A DNA stretch of 64,000 nt. Source: Nitrosopumilaceae archaeon (GTDB taxonomy: Archaea > Thermoproteota > Nitrososphaeria > Nitrososphaerales > Nitrosopumilaceae). The stretch is taken from NCBI GenBank assembly GCA_965203465.1, contig CBDBCR010000001.1, positions 832,001 through 896,000 of the forward strand, read 5' to 3'. Positions 9,429-19,244 of this stretch are shown here, piece by piece; the first letter of the stretch is position 1; each line of letters begins with the position of its first letter. The notes under the pieces are model-generated. The model ran no database searches, was not told the origin of the DNA, and worked only from the letters and a program-made list of their open reading frames with translations. The translations under genes were made by a program, and so were the position numbers.

Positions 9429-9560
9429 ATGGGCAGGAGGTATAGGGAAAGCGGGTACGGCGGTTATAAACGGGCTACGAGAGACTATTACGAACACGAC
9501 TATGACGACGACGGGGACGAGTTCGACATAAACCGGGTCGGTTTGAGTTCGCATTCTTGA
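9429..9560 (+). CDS. small charged peptide (43 aa) upstream of SDH protease
   Basis: MGRRYRESGYGGYKRATRDYYEHDYDDDGDEFDINRVGLSSHS; strong AT-rich promoter at about 9392-9405; stop lies 1 nt before the next start. Confidence 0.55.
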   Translation: MGRRYRESGYGGYKRATRDYYEHDYDDDGDEFDINRVGLSSHS

Positions 9561-9561
9561 C

Positions 9562-10486
9562 TTGCCCAGTTTCCGTGAAATCCAAAAGGAGATAGAGGGC
9601 AAAGATCCCGAGACACCGTACGATGTGGTCAGAAGAAAATACCTCGGGAGACTATCCGAAAAGACGGAGAAACACAATACTGTACTATTCGGGATGGTTG
9701 CAAAAACCAAAAAACGTCGGCACTCTGATGTCTATCAACGACGACGACAAAAACGGATTCATGAGTGTTGTCCACGGACTGGATGCTTCAAAAGGGCTTG
9801 ACCTAATACTGCACACTCCGGGTGGTGACATTGCGGCTACCGAATCGCTGGTTGATTATCTGCGCCAAAAGTTTGGCGAAGACGTGAGGGCGATCGTGCC
9901 ACAACTGGCGATGTCGGGAGGGACGATCATGGCATGCGCGTGCAGGGAAACCGTCATGGGAAAGCAGTCGAGTCTGGGGCCCATCGATCCGCAGATAAGC
10001 GGCCTGCCAGCATCGGGGATCGTGTCCGAGTTTCGCAATGCGCATGAGGAGATCAAGGAGGACAAGGACAAGATCAACGTGTGGGGTCCCGTAATCTCCA
10101 GATACTACCCGTCCCTGATCGACAGCTGCAAAAAAGCAATACAATGGTCAGAGGATCTTGCAGGAAACTATTTGTTGGACTCGATGTTTCGCGACGAATT
10201 GCAGCAGGACGCCAGAAACACAGGAAAACGCATCGAAAAAATAATAAAACTCTTGACCGATCAGGACATAACAAAGTCACACAACCGGCACATCTCGACG
10301 CCTGTATGCATAGAAGCTGGACTGAAAATAACCCAAATGGAAGAAGATCAAGAGCTGCAAGACATCATTCTTTCTGTCCACCACGCGTCCGCGCTCACCA
10401 TCGCAAACACGACCGCCGTCAAAATAACGGAAAACCAGAATGGAAAGTCGTACGTTACAAAATACTTTGCTGAGCCAAGAGGCTAA
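9562..10486 (+). pseudogene. SDH-family ClpP-class (S49-like) serine protease, frameshifted near 9667
   Basis: N-terminus (DVVRRKYLGRLSEKT) in one frame; RNTILYYSGWLQK...LILHTPGG...AMSGGT...SLGPIDPQ...SHNRHI in another. Confidence 0.8.
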
Positions 10487-10721
10487 AACGCGTCCGCAGG
10501 ATCCGACCGCGCGCCCCCGGCCGGCCCTTGAACCAGCCGCCGGTCTCGGCCTGTCCTGTCCCGCCGCGCACCATCCTGCATGCAGTGCAAGGTCGGATCT
10601 CCCGCGGCTTGCGTTCCGGGCGGACGGACTGCGAGACACGAATCCGCGTCCGGGGAGCGGCAGGCGCCCGGACGTCCCGGCCGGTTAGGCTTTTATTTGG
10701 ACTGCGGGGGCCGCGCCCCGA

Positions 10722-11354
10722 TTGTCATCGCTCGACGTGGTTAGCAGGGACGGCAACGTCATGTCCGTCAGGCTAAAGGGCGTGCCCCTCCAGTACGCCA
10801 ACGCGATACGGCGCATCTGCCTAAACGGCGTGCCCGTCTTTGCGGTCGACACGGTGGACATCATCGAAAACACCTCGGTGCTGGCAGACGAGGGGCTGGC
10901 CCACCGCCTGGGCTTGGTGCCGCTGCGCACCGACTTGGAGCGCTACGCGGAGCCCTCGAAATGCTCGTGCGGCACGCAGGAGGGCTGCTCCAACTGCCGC
11001 GTCCGGTTCGTGCTGGATTCGGGGGACACCGAGCAGACGCGCACCGTGCTTTCCGGCGAGATAAAGTCCGAGGATCCCGACATCGTGCCCATATCTGCCG
11101 ACGTGCCGATAATAGATCTGGCCCCCGGCCAGAAGGTAAAGGCCGAGGCGTACGCCCGGCTGGGGCGCGGCTCTGACCACGCAAAGTGGAACTCTGCCAA
11201 CGTGGCCACCCTGACTGACGGCAAGGGGGAAGAAAAGATACTGACCGTCGAGACCACCGGCGCGCTCGACCCCGAGGGCCTCGTACAGGCGGCCGTCGAC
11301 GAGCTTGCCTCCCGGCTGGCCGTCCTAAAGACGGCCGTGGCCGAGGCGAGCTGA
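10722..11354 (+). CDS. rpoD: DNA-directed RNA polymerase subunit D (Rpo3)
   Basis: ANAIRR..., ENTSVLADEGLAHRLGLVPL, HAKW. Confidence 0.96.
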   Translation: MSSLDVVSRDGNVMSVRLKGVPLQYANAIRRICLNGVPVFAVDTVDIIENTSVLADEGLAHRLGLVPLRTDLERYAEPSKCSCGTQEGCSNCRVRFVLDSGDTEQTRTVLSGEIKSEDPDIVPISADVPIIDLAPGQKVKAEAYARLGRGSDHAKWNSANVATLTDGKGEEKILTVETTGALDPEGLVQAAVDELASRLAVLKTAVAEAS

Positions 11355-11401
11355 GGCGCGCTTCGCAGGTGTTATATTTGGGGCGCCGGGGCGCGCGGCC
11401 T

Positions 11402-11746
11402 ATGAACCCGGTCACCGAGCGCTTGGCGCGCCAGCTTCACAGGGACGCCGGCGCCTGCGAGGCGCCCATATGGGAGCGCCTCTCGAGGGAGGCGCTAAAG
11501 CCCGGCTCGGCGCGCAGGACTGTCAACGTAAAGAAACTGAGCCAGCTTACCAGCAGCGGCCAGACCGTCGCGGTGCCGGGCAAGGTGCTTGGCACCGGCA
11601 CCATATCGCACCCGATCAGCGTCTTTTCGTTTTCCATGTCGGAGCCGGCCGCCAGAAAGATAGCCGGGGCGGGGGGGCGCGTGCTCTCGCGCGCGGAACT
11701 GGTAAAGGCCAGCCCGTCGGGCAAGGGGGTCCTGCTGGTTGGCTGA
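11402..11746 (+). CDS. rpl18e: 50S ribosomal protein L18e
   Basis: APIW...RTVNVKKL...VPGKVLGTG; position after rpoD. Confidence 0.95.
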   Translation: MNPVTERLARQLHRDAGACEAPIWERLSREALKPGSARRTVNVKKLSQLTSSGQTVAVPGKVLGTGTISHPISVFSFSMSEPAARKIAGAGGRVLSRAELVKASPSGKGVLLVG

Positions 11747-12317
11747 GAGCCCGGCCGCCTCGTACGACCCCGAAAGGGTGGCGCGCGCCCTGTTGCGCGC
11801 CATCAGGGGCTTGGCCGGCGCAAAGCAGCCCGACGCGCCGGGCGCAGAGCCGGCCGCGCCCGCGCGCAAGGAGGCGCCCAAAAGGCCGCCCGTAGTGCAC
11901 ACCGTCATAGACGGCGACGGCCACGTGGCCGGCCGGCTGGCCTCCAACGTGGCAAAGATGCTGCTCCAAGGCAGGCGCGTCTCGGTGGTGAACTGCGAAA
12001 AGGTGATGATCAGCGGCACGCGCTCCAACATAGTCAAAGAGTACCGCGAGTTCCTCGAGATATCTAGCATACTTCACCCAAAGCACGGCCCCTTCCACCC
12101 GCGCAGGCCCGACACCATCCTTGCCCGCATGATCCGCGGCATGCTGCCCCGCTCCAAGCCGTCGGGCAAGGCGGCCCTTTCGCGCCTGCGCACGTACGTG
12201 GGCACCCCGCGCGGCCTCGGCTCAAAGATCCGCATCGAAAAGGCGCTCATACGCAGGTCCGCCTCGGGCTACACGACGATGGCCGACCTTGGCAGGACGG
12301 TGGGGTGGACCGAATGA
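11739..12317 (+). CDS. rpl13: 50S ribosomal protein L13
   Basis: VIDGDGHVAGRLASNVAK, GPFHPRRPD, IRGMLP. Confidence 0.95.
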   Translation: MAESPAASYDPERVARALLRAIRGLAGAKQPDAPGAEPAAPARKEAPKRPPVVHTVIDGDGHVAGRLASNVAKMLLQGRRVSVVNCEKVMISGTRSNIVKEYREFLEISSILHPKHGPFHPRRPDTILARMIRGMLPRSKPSGKAALSRLRTYVGTPRGLGSKIRIEKALIRRSASGYTTMADLGRTVGWTE

Positions 12318-12760
12318 CGACAAAGACGCAGATCTACTTTGCCACGCGCAAGACGGCTAGCGCGCACGTGTACATCACGCGCGGCAAGGGGCGCGTGCGC
12401 GTCAACAACGTGCCCGTCGAGATGATACCGCAGGAGCACGCGCGCGCCACCATAATGATGCCGCTGGAGATAGCCGGCGAGGCCCGCTCCAAAGTCGACA
12501 TATCGGTGCGCGTGCGCGGCGGCGGGTTCATGGGGCAGGCAGGCGCGGCGGCGACGGCCATCTCGCGCGCGCTGGTCGGCTGGACAAAGTCAAAGGGCGA
12601 GCCGCGCGACCACCCGCTCACCAAGACCGCCCGCGCCGACCTGCGCAAGCGCATATCTGACTTCGACAAGTACCTGATCAGCGGCGATGCGCGCCGCAAG
12701 GAGCCCAAAAAGTTCGGCGGTCCGGGCGCGCGGCGGCGGCGCCAAAAGTCGTACCGTTGA
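12314..12760 (+). CDS. rps9: 30S ribosomal protein S9
   Basis: GGGFMGQA, DARRKEPKKFGGPGARRRRQKSYR. Confidence 0.97.
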   Translation: MTTKTQIYFATRKTASAHVYITRGKGRVRVNNVPVEMIPQEHARATIMMPLEIAGEARSKVDISVRVRGGGFMGQAGAAATAISRALVGWTKSKGEPRDHPLTKTARADLRKRISDFDKYLISGDARRKEPKKFGGPGARRRRQKSYR

Positions 12761-13524
12761 AGGCCGTCGTCCTCGCCGGCGGGCGGGGCTCGCGGGGCAG
12801 GCCGTACACGGAGTACATCCCAAAGGCAATGTTCCCGGCCGGCGGCGCGCCGCTGGTCAGCCACGTGGTCGGCCACCTGCTCTCGTACCCGTTCGTCGAG
12901 GAGGCAGTCGTGGTGGCCGACTTTGCCGGGCTCGGCTCGCAGATACGCCTCTACATGGAGGGCTCGTTCGGGGGGCGCGTCCGGTTCGCGCAGGATTCGC
13001 AGCGCGGCACCGGCGGCGACCTGCTCTGCGCCGCGCCGCGCCTGCGCGGCACCGGCCCGTTCGCGCTGTGGTTCGTAGACAACCTGTGCGCGCTCGACCT
13101 GGAGGCCATGCGGGATTCGTTCGAATCGTCTGGCAGGCCAGCCTGCGTGGCGGTGCGCTCGCAGAGGCGGGAGGAGACCGGCTTTGCGCGCGTGAGCGGG
13201 GGGCTCGTCGAGCGGTTCTACGAAAAGCCGGTGCTCGATCTGCCCCTCTCCGAGTGCCTCGGCGTGTACATGCTGGACGGCAAGGTGCTCTCGAGGCTGC
13301 GCGCGTGCGGGCCCGGCCAGGTCAACCTGTCCTACGACGTGCTGCAGCCGATGGCCGCCGAGGGCAAGCTCGCAGCGTACGACATCGGCAGGTCGGGGTG
13401 GCTCGACGTGGAGTCGCCTGCGGTGCTCGAGCGCAACGCGGCGTACGCCAGGCGCATCATCTCACGGATGGGACGGGGCGGGATCTCTCGTAGGCGGCGA
13501 TCTCGGCCTCGAGCTCGAGCGTGA
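12757..13524 (+). CDS. sugar-phosphate nucleotidyltransferase family protein
   Basis: KAVVLAGGRGSRGRPYTEYIPKAM. Confidence 0.9.
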   Translation: MKAVVLAGGRGSRGRPYTEYIPKAMFPAGGAPLVSHVVGHLLSYPFVEEAVVVADFAGLGSQIRLYMEGSFGGRVRFAQDSQRGTGGDLLCAAPRLRGTGPFALWFVDNLCALDLEAMRDSFESSGRPACVAVRSQRREETGFARVSGGLVERFYEKPVLDLPLSECLGVYMLDGKVLSRLRACGPGQVNLSYDVLQPMAAEGKLAAYDIGRSGWLDVESPAVLERNAAYARRIISRMGRGGISRRRRSRPRARA

Positions 13525-14041
13525 GGTCTATCTCGTCGAGCCCCTCGAGCAGCATGCGGCGGCCGTGCGCGTCGGCCTCGAACCGGTGCTCTTTTCCGCC
13601 GAACTCGACCGTCTGGCGCGCCAGCGAGACGCGCGCCCTGCCGCCGACCGATATCATCGCCTCGGCCGCGCCGCGCTCCACTCTGGCAGGCAGCAGGCCG
13701 TTCTTGTAGCAGTTGGAGGCGAAAATGTCTGCAAACGAGGGGGCCACCACCACGTCGAAGCCGTAGTCTTTCAGGGCCCAGACGGCGTGCTCCCTCGACG
13801 AGCCGCACCCAAAGTTGTCCATGGCCACCAGTATCCTGGAGCCGCGGTAGCGCGGATCGTTGAGCACGAACGAGGGGTCCTCGGAGCCGCCGGGGCCGTA
13901 CCTCCATCCGTGGAACAGGTGCTCCCCGAAGCCGGTCCTCTTTACCAGTTTGAGGAACTGCTTGGGGACTATCTGGTCGGTGTCTACGTTGGGGCGCGCA
14001 AGCGGGGCGATCTCCGATTCCACGTCCTGGAACTTTTTCAC
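13457..14041 (-). CDS. leuD: 3-isopropylmalate dehydratase small subunit
   Basis: [25 protein letters not shown]; start GTG 14041. Confidence 0.93.
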   Translation of the reverse strand: MKKFQDVESEIAPLARPNVDTDQIVPKQFLKLVKRTGFGEHLFHGWRYGPGGSEDPSFVLNDPRYRGSRILVAMDNFGCGSSREHAVWALKDYGFDVVVAPSFADIFASNCYKNGLLPARVERGAAEAMISVGGRARVSLARQTVEFGGKEHRFEADAHGRRMLLEGLDEIDLTLELEAEIAAYERSRPVPSVR

Positions 14042-15444
14042 ACCCACTCCCTCACGTCCACGAACCTGCCGGCCACCGCGGCGGCCGCGGCCATGACGGG
14101 GCTGACCAGGTGCGTGCGGCCGCCGGCCCCCTGCCTGCCCTCGAAGTTGCGGTTGGACGTGCTCGCGCACCTCTGGCCGGATCCGAGCACGTCGGGGTTC
14201 ATGCCGAGGCACATGCTGCAGCCCGATTCGCGCCACTCGAAGCCGGCCTCGGAGAATATCCTGTCCAGGCCCATCTTTTCGGCAGCGCGCTTTACGGCCT
14301 GCGATCCGGGCACCACCATGGCCCTCAGGCGCGCGCTGGCCCGCCTGCCCTTTATGACCATGGCCGCGTCTGCCAGGTCCTCTAGCCTGGCGTTGGTGCA
14401 CGAGCCTATGAAGACCCTGTCGAGCCTTATGTCGGTGATGTGGGTGCCCGGCTCCAGCCCCATGTACTCCAGCGCCTTCCTTGCGCCCGATGCCCTCGAC
14501 TGGTCGCCGCCGGCGAACTCGTCGGGCTCGGGCACCGCCTCGGTCACGTCGCACGTCATGGCCGGGTTGGTGCCCCAGCTGACCTGCGGGGCTATGCTGC
14601 CCGCGTCGGCAGAGTACTTTCTGTCGAACCGGGCGTCGGCGTCGCTGCGCAGCTCTTTCCACCCCTCGACCATCTTTTCGTAGCCGGGCGGCGTGAACCG
14701 CCTGCCGCGCAGATACCCGAAGGTCTTTTCGTCGGGCGCCACCAGGCCCGCGCGCGCGCCCCCCTCGATGGACATGTTGCAGACGGTCATGCGCTGCTCG
14801 CACGAGAGGGCCTCTACGGCCTCGCCCCTGTACTCTATGACCGCGCCGGCGCCGCCGTCGGTGCCTATCCGGCGTATCACGTACAGTATCATGTCCTTTG
14901 AAGTGACGGCGAACGGATCGCGCCTGGACCCGTCGATGCGCACCTCGAAGGTTTCGGGCCTGCCCATCCACAGCGTCTGCGAGGCGAGCACGTGCTCGAC
15001 CTCGCTGGTGCCTATGCCGAAGGCGAGCGCGCCGAACGCGCCGTGCGTGGAGGTGTGGCTGTCCCCGCACACTATCGTCGAGCCGGGCAGGGTGATGCCC
15101 AGCTGCGGGCCTATCACGTGGACTATGCCCTGATCGGGGCTGTCCATCCCGAACAGCCGTATGCCGAACCTGCGGCAGTTCTCCTCCAGCGCGCGCACCT
15201 GCTCGGCGGACGTCTCGTCGAGCATCGGGAGCGACCTGTCCGATGTAGGCACGTTGTGGTCGACGGTGGCCACCGTCAGGTCGGGGCGGCGCACCGGCCG
15301 GCCCGAGGCGCGCAGGCCCTCGAAGGCCTGCGGCGAGGTGACCTCGTGGACCAGGTGCCTGTCCACGTACAGGAGAGACTGCCCGTCGCCCGACGCGCGG
15401 ATCTCGTGGGCGTCCCAGATCTTGTCAAAGAGCGTCCTGCTCAC
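14038..15444 (-). CDS. leuC: 3-isopropylmalate dehydratase large subunit
   Basis: [46 protein letters not shown]. Confidence 0.96.
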   Translation of the reverse strand: MSRTLFDKIWDAHEIRASGDGQSLLYVDRHLVHEVTSPQAFEGLRASGRPVRRPDLTVATVDHNVPTSDRSLPMLDETSAEQVRALEENCRRFGIRLFGMDSPDQGIVHVIGPQLGITLPGSTIVCGDSHTSTHGAFGALAFGIGTSEVEHVLASQTLWMGRPETFEVRIDGSRRDPFAVTSKDMILYVIRRIGTDGGAGAVIEYRGEAVEALSCEQRMTVCNMSIEGGARAGLVAPDEKTFGYLRGRRFTPPGYEKMVEGWKELRSDADARFDRKYSADAGSIAPQVSWGTNPAMTCDVTEAVPEPDEFAGGDQSRASGARKALEYMGLEPGTHITDIRLDRVFIGSCTNARLEDLADAAMVIKGRRASARLRAMVVPGSQAVKRAAEKMGLDRIFSEAGFEWRESGCSMCLGMNPDVLGSGQRCASTSNRNFEGRQGAGGRTHLVSPVMAAAAAVAGRFVDVREWV

Positions 15445-15913
15445 GGAAGCGGAACAGCCCGCCTGCGCAAATAATCTTTTCGACGATGTCCGGAAACGGC
15501 TCTATGGGGTACGAAGCGCCGGTGCCCTCGACCGCGACGGTCCCGGCCGCCGTGTCCAGCGATATCCTGTAGCCGTCGCCGATGCCGGCGTACGCCTCGG
15601 GGCCTATCTCGACGGGCAGCAGGAACGCGCCGTCGACGCAGTTGCGGTAGAATATGCGCGCGAACGAGAGCGCCAGCACCGCCTTTACGCCCGAGCGCGA
15701 CAGGGCTATGGGGGCGTGCTCCCTCGACGAGCCGCACCCGAAGTTCTTTCCGGCCAGCACAAAGTCGGCCTTTTTGGCGGCAAAGCCCGGATCGAGGCCC
15801 TCCATGGCGTGCCTGGCAAGCTCGTCGTAGTCGTGTATCTTTAGGTACTGCCCCGGTATGATCACGTCCGTGTCGATGTTGTCCCTGCCGTACTTGGCCA
15901 CGGTGCCGTTCAA
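15425..15913 (-). CDS. archaeal-type isopropylmalate/homoaconitate hydratase small subunit
   Basis: [26 protein letters not shown]; start TTG 15913. Confidence 0.9.
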   Translation of the reverse strand: MNGTVAKYGRDNIDTDVIIPGQYLKIHDYDELARHAMEGLDPGFAAKKADFVLAGKNFGCGSSREHAPIALSRSGVKAVLALSFARIFYRNCVDGAFLLPVEIGPEAYAGIGDGYRISLDTAAGTVAVEGTGASYPIEPFPDIVEKIICAGGLFRFREQDAL

Positions 15914-17181
15914 CGCAGATCCCTCGGATCGGTTATCCTGCCGGCGACGGCCGAGGCTGCCGCGACCATCGGCGAGGCCAGGTACGTGCGCGATTCGACG
16001 TGGCCCATCCTGCCCGGAAAGTTGCGGTTGGTGGTGCTCACGCAGACCTCGCCCTTTGAGAGCACGCCCATGTGGGCCCCGCAGCAGGCCCCGCAGGTGG
16101 GCGGGCCCACCGTGGCGCCCGCGTCGGTGAATATCTTGACCAGGCCCTTCTCGAGGGCCCTCTTGTATATGGATATGGCCGCCGGTAGCACCTCGGTGCG
16201 CACCCTGACCTCGCGGCCCTTCAGCACGCGCGCGGCGGCCTCCAGATCCTCCATCTTGGCGCCGGTGCACGAGCCGATGTACGCCTTGTCCAGCTCGACG
16301 GTCCCGGCCTCGCGCACGGGCACCACGTTGGACGGCGAGAACGGCTCTGCCACGCACGGCTCGACCGACGATCCGTCGTACTCTATCACCTGCGAGTACT
16401 CGGCGCCCGCGTCGCCCGAGACCGCCCCGAACGGCCCCGCGCCGCGCTCCTCGAGGTACCTGAACACCTTGGCGTCGGGCTCTATGATGCCGTTCTTGGC
16501 GCCGGCCTCGGTGGTCATGTTGGTCAGCGTCAGCCTGCCCTCTACGGACATGGCGTCTATGGCGGGCCCGCCAAACTGCATCGCCTTGTAGGCGGCCCCG
16601 TCGGTGCCGATGTCGCCGATTATGCGCAGTATCAGATCCTTGGCCATGGAGTGATCGGGCAGGCTCCCCTCCACCCTCACGTAGAGCGTCTCGGGCACCT
16701 TGAACCAGATGCGGCCTTTCAGCATGACGTAGGCCACGTCGGTGTGGCCCAGGCCGCAGGCGAACGCGCCGAGCGCGCCGGTGGTGTTGGTGTGCGAATC
16801 GCCGCCGACGTAGACCTGGCCGGGCAGCACCATGGCCTCCTCGTGGGAGAGCGTGTGGCATATGCCGTACTGGCCCATGCCGTACTTGAAGTGGCGCGCT
16901 ATGCCGTGCTCTTTTGCGAACTTGGACAGCTTTGCGACGTTCTCCGCCGAGATCTGATCCGCCGAGGGCACAAAGTGGTCCTCTGCTATCCACACCCTGG
17001 ACGGGTCGTGCAGCGCGCCCGTCTCGATGCCCTGCTCGCGCAGCTTTTCAAAGACCTTCATGACGCCGGGACCCGAGACGTCGTGGACCATGACCCTGTC
17101 CACGTCGGCGAACACCACATCGCCGGGGGCGACGCGCTCCCTGCCCGAGGCGCGCGCCAGTATCTTCTCGGTTATGTTCAA
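15910..17181 (-). CDS. archaeal-type isopropylmalate/homoaconitate hydratase large subunit
   Basis: NITEKILARA, DSHT, IGSCT, CGACCG, STTNRNFPGRMG; start TTG 17181. Confidence 0.92.
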   Translation of the reverse strand: MNITEKILARASGRERVAPGDVVFADVDRVMVHDVSGPGVMKVFEKLREQGIETGALHDPSRVWIAEDHFVPSADQISAENVAKLSKFAKEHGIARHFKYGMGQYGICHTLSHEEAMVLPGQVYVGGDSHTNTTGALGAFACGLGHTDVAYVMLKGRIWFKVPETLYVRVEGSLPDHSMAKDLILRIIGDIGTDGAAYKAMQFGGPAIDAMSVEGRLTLTNMTTEAGAKNGIIEPDAKVFRYLEERGAGPFGAVSGDAGAEYSQVIEYDGSSVEPCVAEPFSPSNVVPVREAGTVELDKAYIGSCTGAKMEDLEAAARVLKGREVRVRTEVLPAAISIYKRALEKGLVKIFTDAGATVGPPTCGACCGAHMGVLSKGEVCVSTTNRNFPGRMGHVESRTYLASPMVAAASAVAGRITDPRDLR

Positions 17182-17332
17182 CGCCGGGGCGCGGGCGGGG
17201 CGGATTAAAGTACCTGTCGGACGGCGCCGGCGGCGGGACGCCGGATTTGCGTAGTGCCAAACCTGGCGCGCGGGCGCGGAAACGCGCCCGCCCTCAAAAA
17301 CCTTTAAAGCGGAACCCGGCGCGGCCGCCGCC

Positions 17333-17641
17333 GTGATCACAAAGTCGGTGGATGTAAACGGGACGAGGTTCACGGTCACGCTCACCGATCAGCTCATACA
17401 GCAGGTGCACCACCTCAAGAGCCTGTACGAGACCGCGTACGAGGATCCGGAGAGCTTTGAGCAGGTCAGCTCGGACATCTCGGCGGCCATACGCGAGATA
17501 TCGACCGCCGCGGATCCGCCGCCCTCCGACGGCGACTTGGACAGCCTCATGCAGGAGATAATACGGGTCGTAGACAACAAGTCCGCCGAGATCCAAAAGC
17601 AGCTGGACGCAAAGCCGGACAGGGGCCCGGGCCCACACTAG
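17333..17641 (+). CDS. conserved hypothetical protein
   Basis: Protein-like ORF, TTTAAA box upstream. Confidence 0.75.
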   Translation: MITKSVDVNGTRFTVTLTDQLIQQVHHLKSLYETAYEDPESFEQVSSDISAAIREISTAADPPPSDGDLDSLMQEIIRVVDNKSAEIQKQLDAKPDRGPGPH

Positions 17642-17669
17642 ATATATGGAAAGGCGCCTAGCCGCGCCG

Positions 17670-17786
17670 ATGGCTAGCAGTTGCGAGTGCGGCATATGCG
17701 GCCACCACAGCGAAAAAGAGTGCATGCGCGACATGTGCCGGTGCTGCATAAACTTCCACGAGCGGTCGGGGCCTAGGCGCCACTGA
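17670..17786 (+). CDS. Cys/His-rich metallothionein-like microprotein (38 aa)
   Basis: MASSCECGICGHHSEKECMRDMCRCCINFHERSGPRRH; TATA-like GATATAT about 25 nt upstream. Confidence 0.65.
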   Translation: MASSCECGICGHHSEKECMRDMCRCCINFHERSGPRRH

Positions 17787-17861
17787 AGCAGCTGCAGCGC
17801 CGCGCCGCGTGCCGGGCGCACCCCACCAGGCGGTGGTCGGCGCAGCCGCACAGGACGCACT

Positions 17862-18242
17862 TCACGCGTCCATCTCCTCCAAAATGTACCTCAGCCTGCC
17901 CGCGAGGCCGCCGTCTTCGAGCGACTCTATCATCTTCAGCCGCATGTTGCGCACGCGCGCCGCGTCGTCGGCGTACAGGGCCGAGAGCGTCTCTATCTCG
18001 CGCGCGAACGAATAGTCGCGCAGGTACTTTTCGGCCGCCGAGGCAAGCTCCGCGTGCGTCCTGCCCGGCTCGCGCTCGGCCCTGACCCTCGAGGAGATGG
18101 CGCCGAACAGGGCGCTGATGCGCGCGGCCTCGCGGCCCAGCGACTCCAGCGAGCCGGGCCCGTCGGACATGGACCGAAGCGACTCGTGCGATCGGAGCAC
18201 CTGCCCGGCCACGTCCGAAAGGTACTGCGCGTAGGTGACCAC
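17862..18242 (-). CDS. hypothetical protein
   Basis: Protein-like C-terminal 126 aa of track ORF 17862..19031; start GTG 18242. Confidence 0.7.
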   Translation of the reverse strand: MVTYAQYLSDVAGQVLRSHESLRSMSDGPGSLESLGREAARISALFGAISSRVRAEREPGRTHAELASAAEKYLRDYSFAREIETLSALYADDAARVRNMRLKMIESLEDGGLAGRLRYILEEMDA

Positions 18243-18302
18243 GCCGGGCGCCGGAGGGCCCCGAATAAAATGGTTAAATCCGGCGCCGGGCGGCCCGGCG
18301 CC

Positions 18303-19244
18303 GTGGACGTGCTCGAGGTGGAGGGGCTGCGGCGGCACTTCGCCGCGGGCCCCGCGCTGGGCAGGAAGGAGGCGGTGCGCGCGTGCGACGGCGTCTCGTT
18401 CCGGATAGGGCGCGGCGGGGTCCTGGTGCTCGCCGGCGAATCCGGCTCGGGCAAGTCGACGGTGGCCCGCCTGATACTGGGCCTGATACGGGCCGACTCG
18501 GGCCGCGTGGTATTCGAAGGATCCGACGCGCTCTCCGGCCGGGGGGCCATGGCGGCGCTGCGCCGGCGCTGCCAGATGGTGCAGCAGGACCCGTACGATT
18601 CGATAAACCCGCAGATGCGCGTCTTTGACATCGTGGCCGAGCCGCTCCGCCTGCACGGGCTGGACGGGTGCAGGCGCCGCGTGCTCGAGGCGCTCTCGGA
18701 GGTGCGCTTGGAGCCGGCCTCCGAGATAGCCTCCAAGCACCCGCACTCGCTCTCGGGAGGGCAGCGCCAGCGCGTCGTGCTCGCGCGCGCGCTCGCGCCC
18801 GAACCGGCCCTGATAATAGCCGACGAGCCCGTCTCGATGCTCGACGTGTCGGTGCGCGCCGAGATTCTGGGCCTGATGGACCGGCTGCGCCGCGGCCGCG
18901 ACATCGCGTTCCTGTACATCACGCACGATCTTGCGACCGCGCGGTTCTTCGGCGACCGGATAGCGCTCATGTACAAGGGCCGCATAGTGGAGGAGGGCCC
19001 GATAGACAGCGTGCTCTCGGCCCCGGAGCATCCGTACACCAGGGCGCTGGTCTCTGCCGTCCCGCTCCCCGATCCGGCGAGGAGGGCCGGGCGGCCGGCC
19101 ATCCCGATACTGGACGGCGGGCCCAGCCCCGGCGGCTGCGCGTTCCGCGGCAGGTGCCCCGAGGAGATCGGCATGTGCGCCGGCGAGCCCCGGCTAGAGG
19201 ACAGGCCCGGCGGCGGGCGCGTGGCCTGCTTTGCGGCGGGCTAG
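18303..19244 (+). CDS. oligopeptide/dipeptide ABC transporter ATP-binding subunit
   Basis: GESGSGKST, LSGGQRQR, ADEP, HPYT, C-terminal Cys motif. Confidence 0.93.
   Translation: MDVLEVEGLRRHFAAGPALGRKEAVRACDGVSFRIGRGGVLVLAGESGSGKSTVARLILGLIRADSGRVVFEGSDALSGRGAMAALRRRCQMVQQDPYDSINPQMRVFDIVAEPLRLHGLDGCRRRVLEALSEVRLEPASEIASKHPHSLSGGQRQRVVLARALAPEPALIIADEPVSMLDVSVRAEILGLMDRLRRGRDIAFLYITHDLATARFFGDRIALMYKGRIVEEGPIDSVLSAPEHPYTRALVSAVPLPDPARRAGRPAIPILDGGPSPGGCAFRGRCPEEIGMCAGEPRLEDRPGGGRVACFAAG

Noticed and set aside
13457-17181. Two tandem aconitase-family large/small subunit pairs
   Set aside because: Explained by separate leucine and homoaconitase-type enzymes; ordinary metabolism
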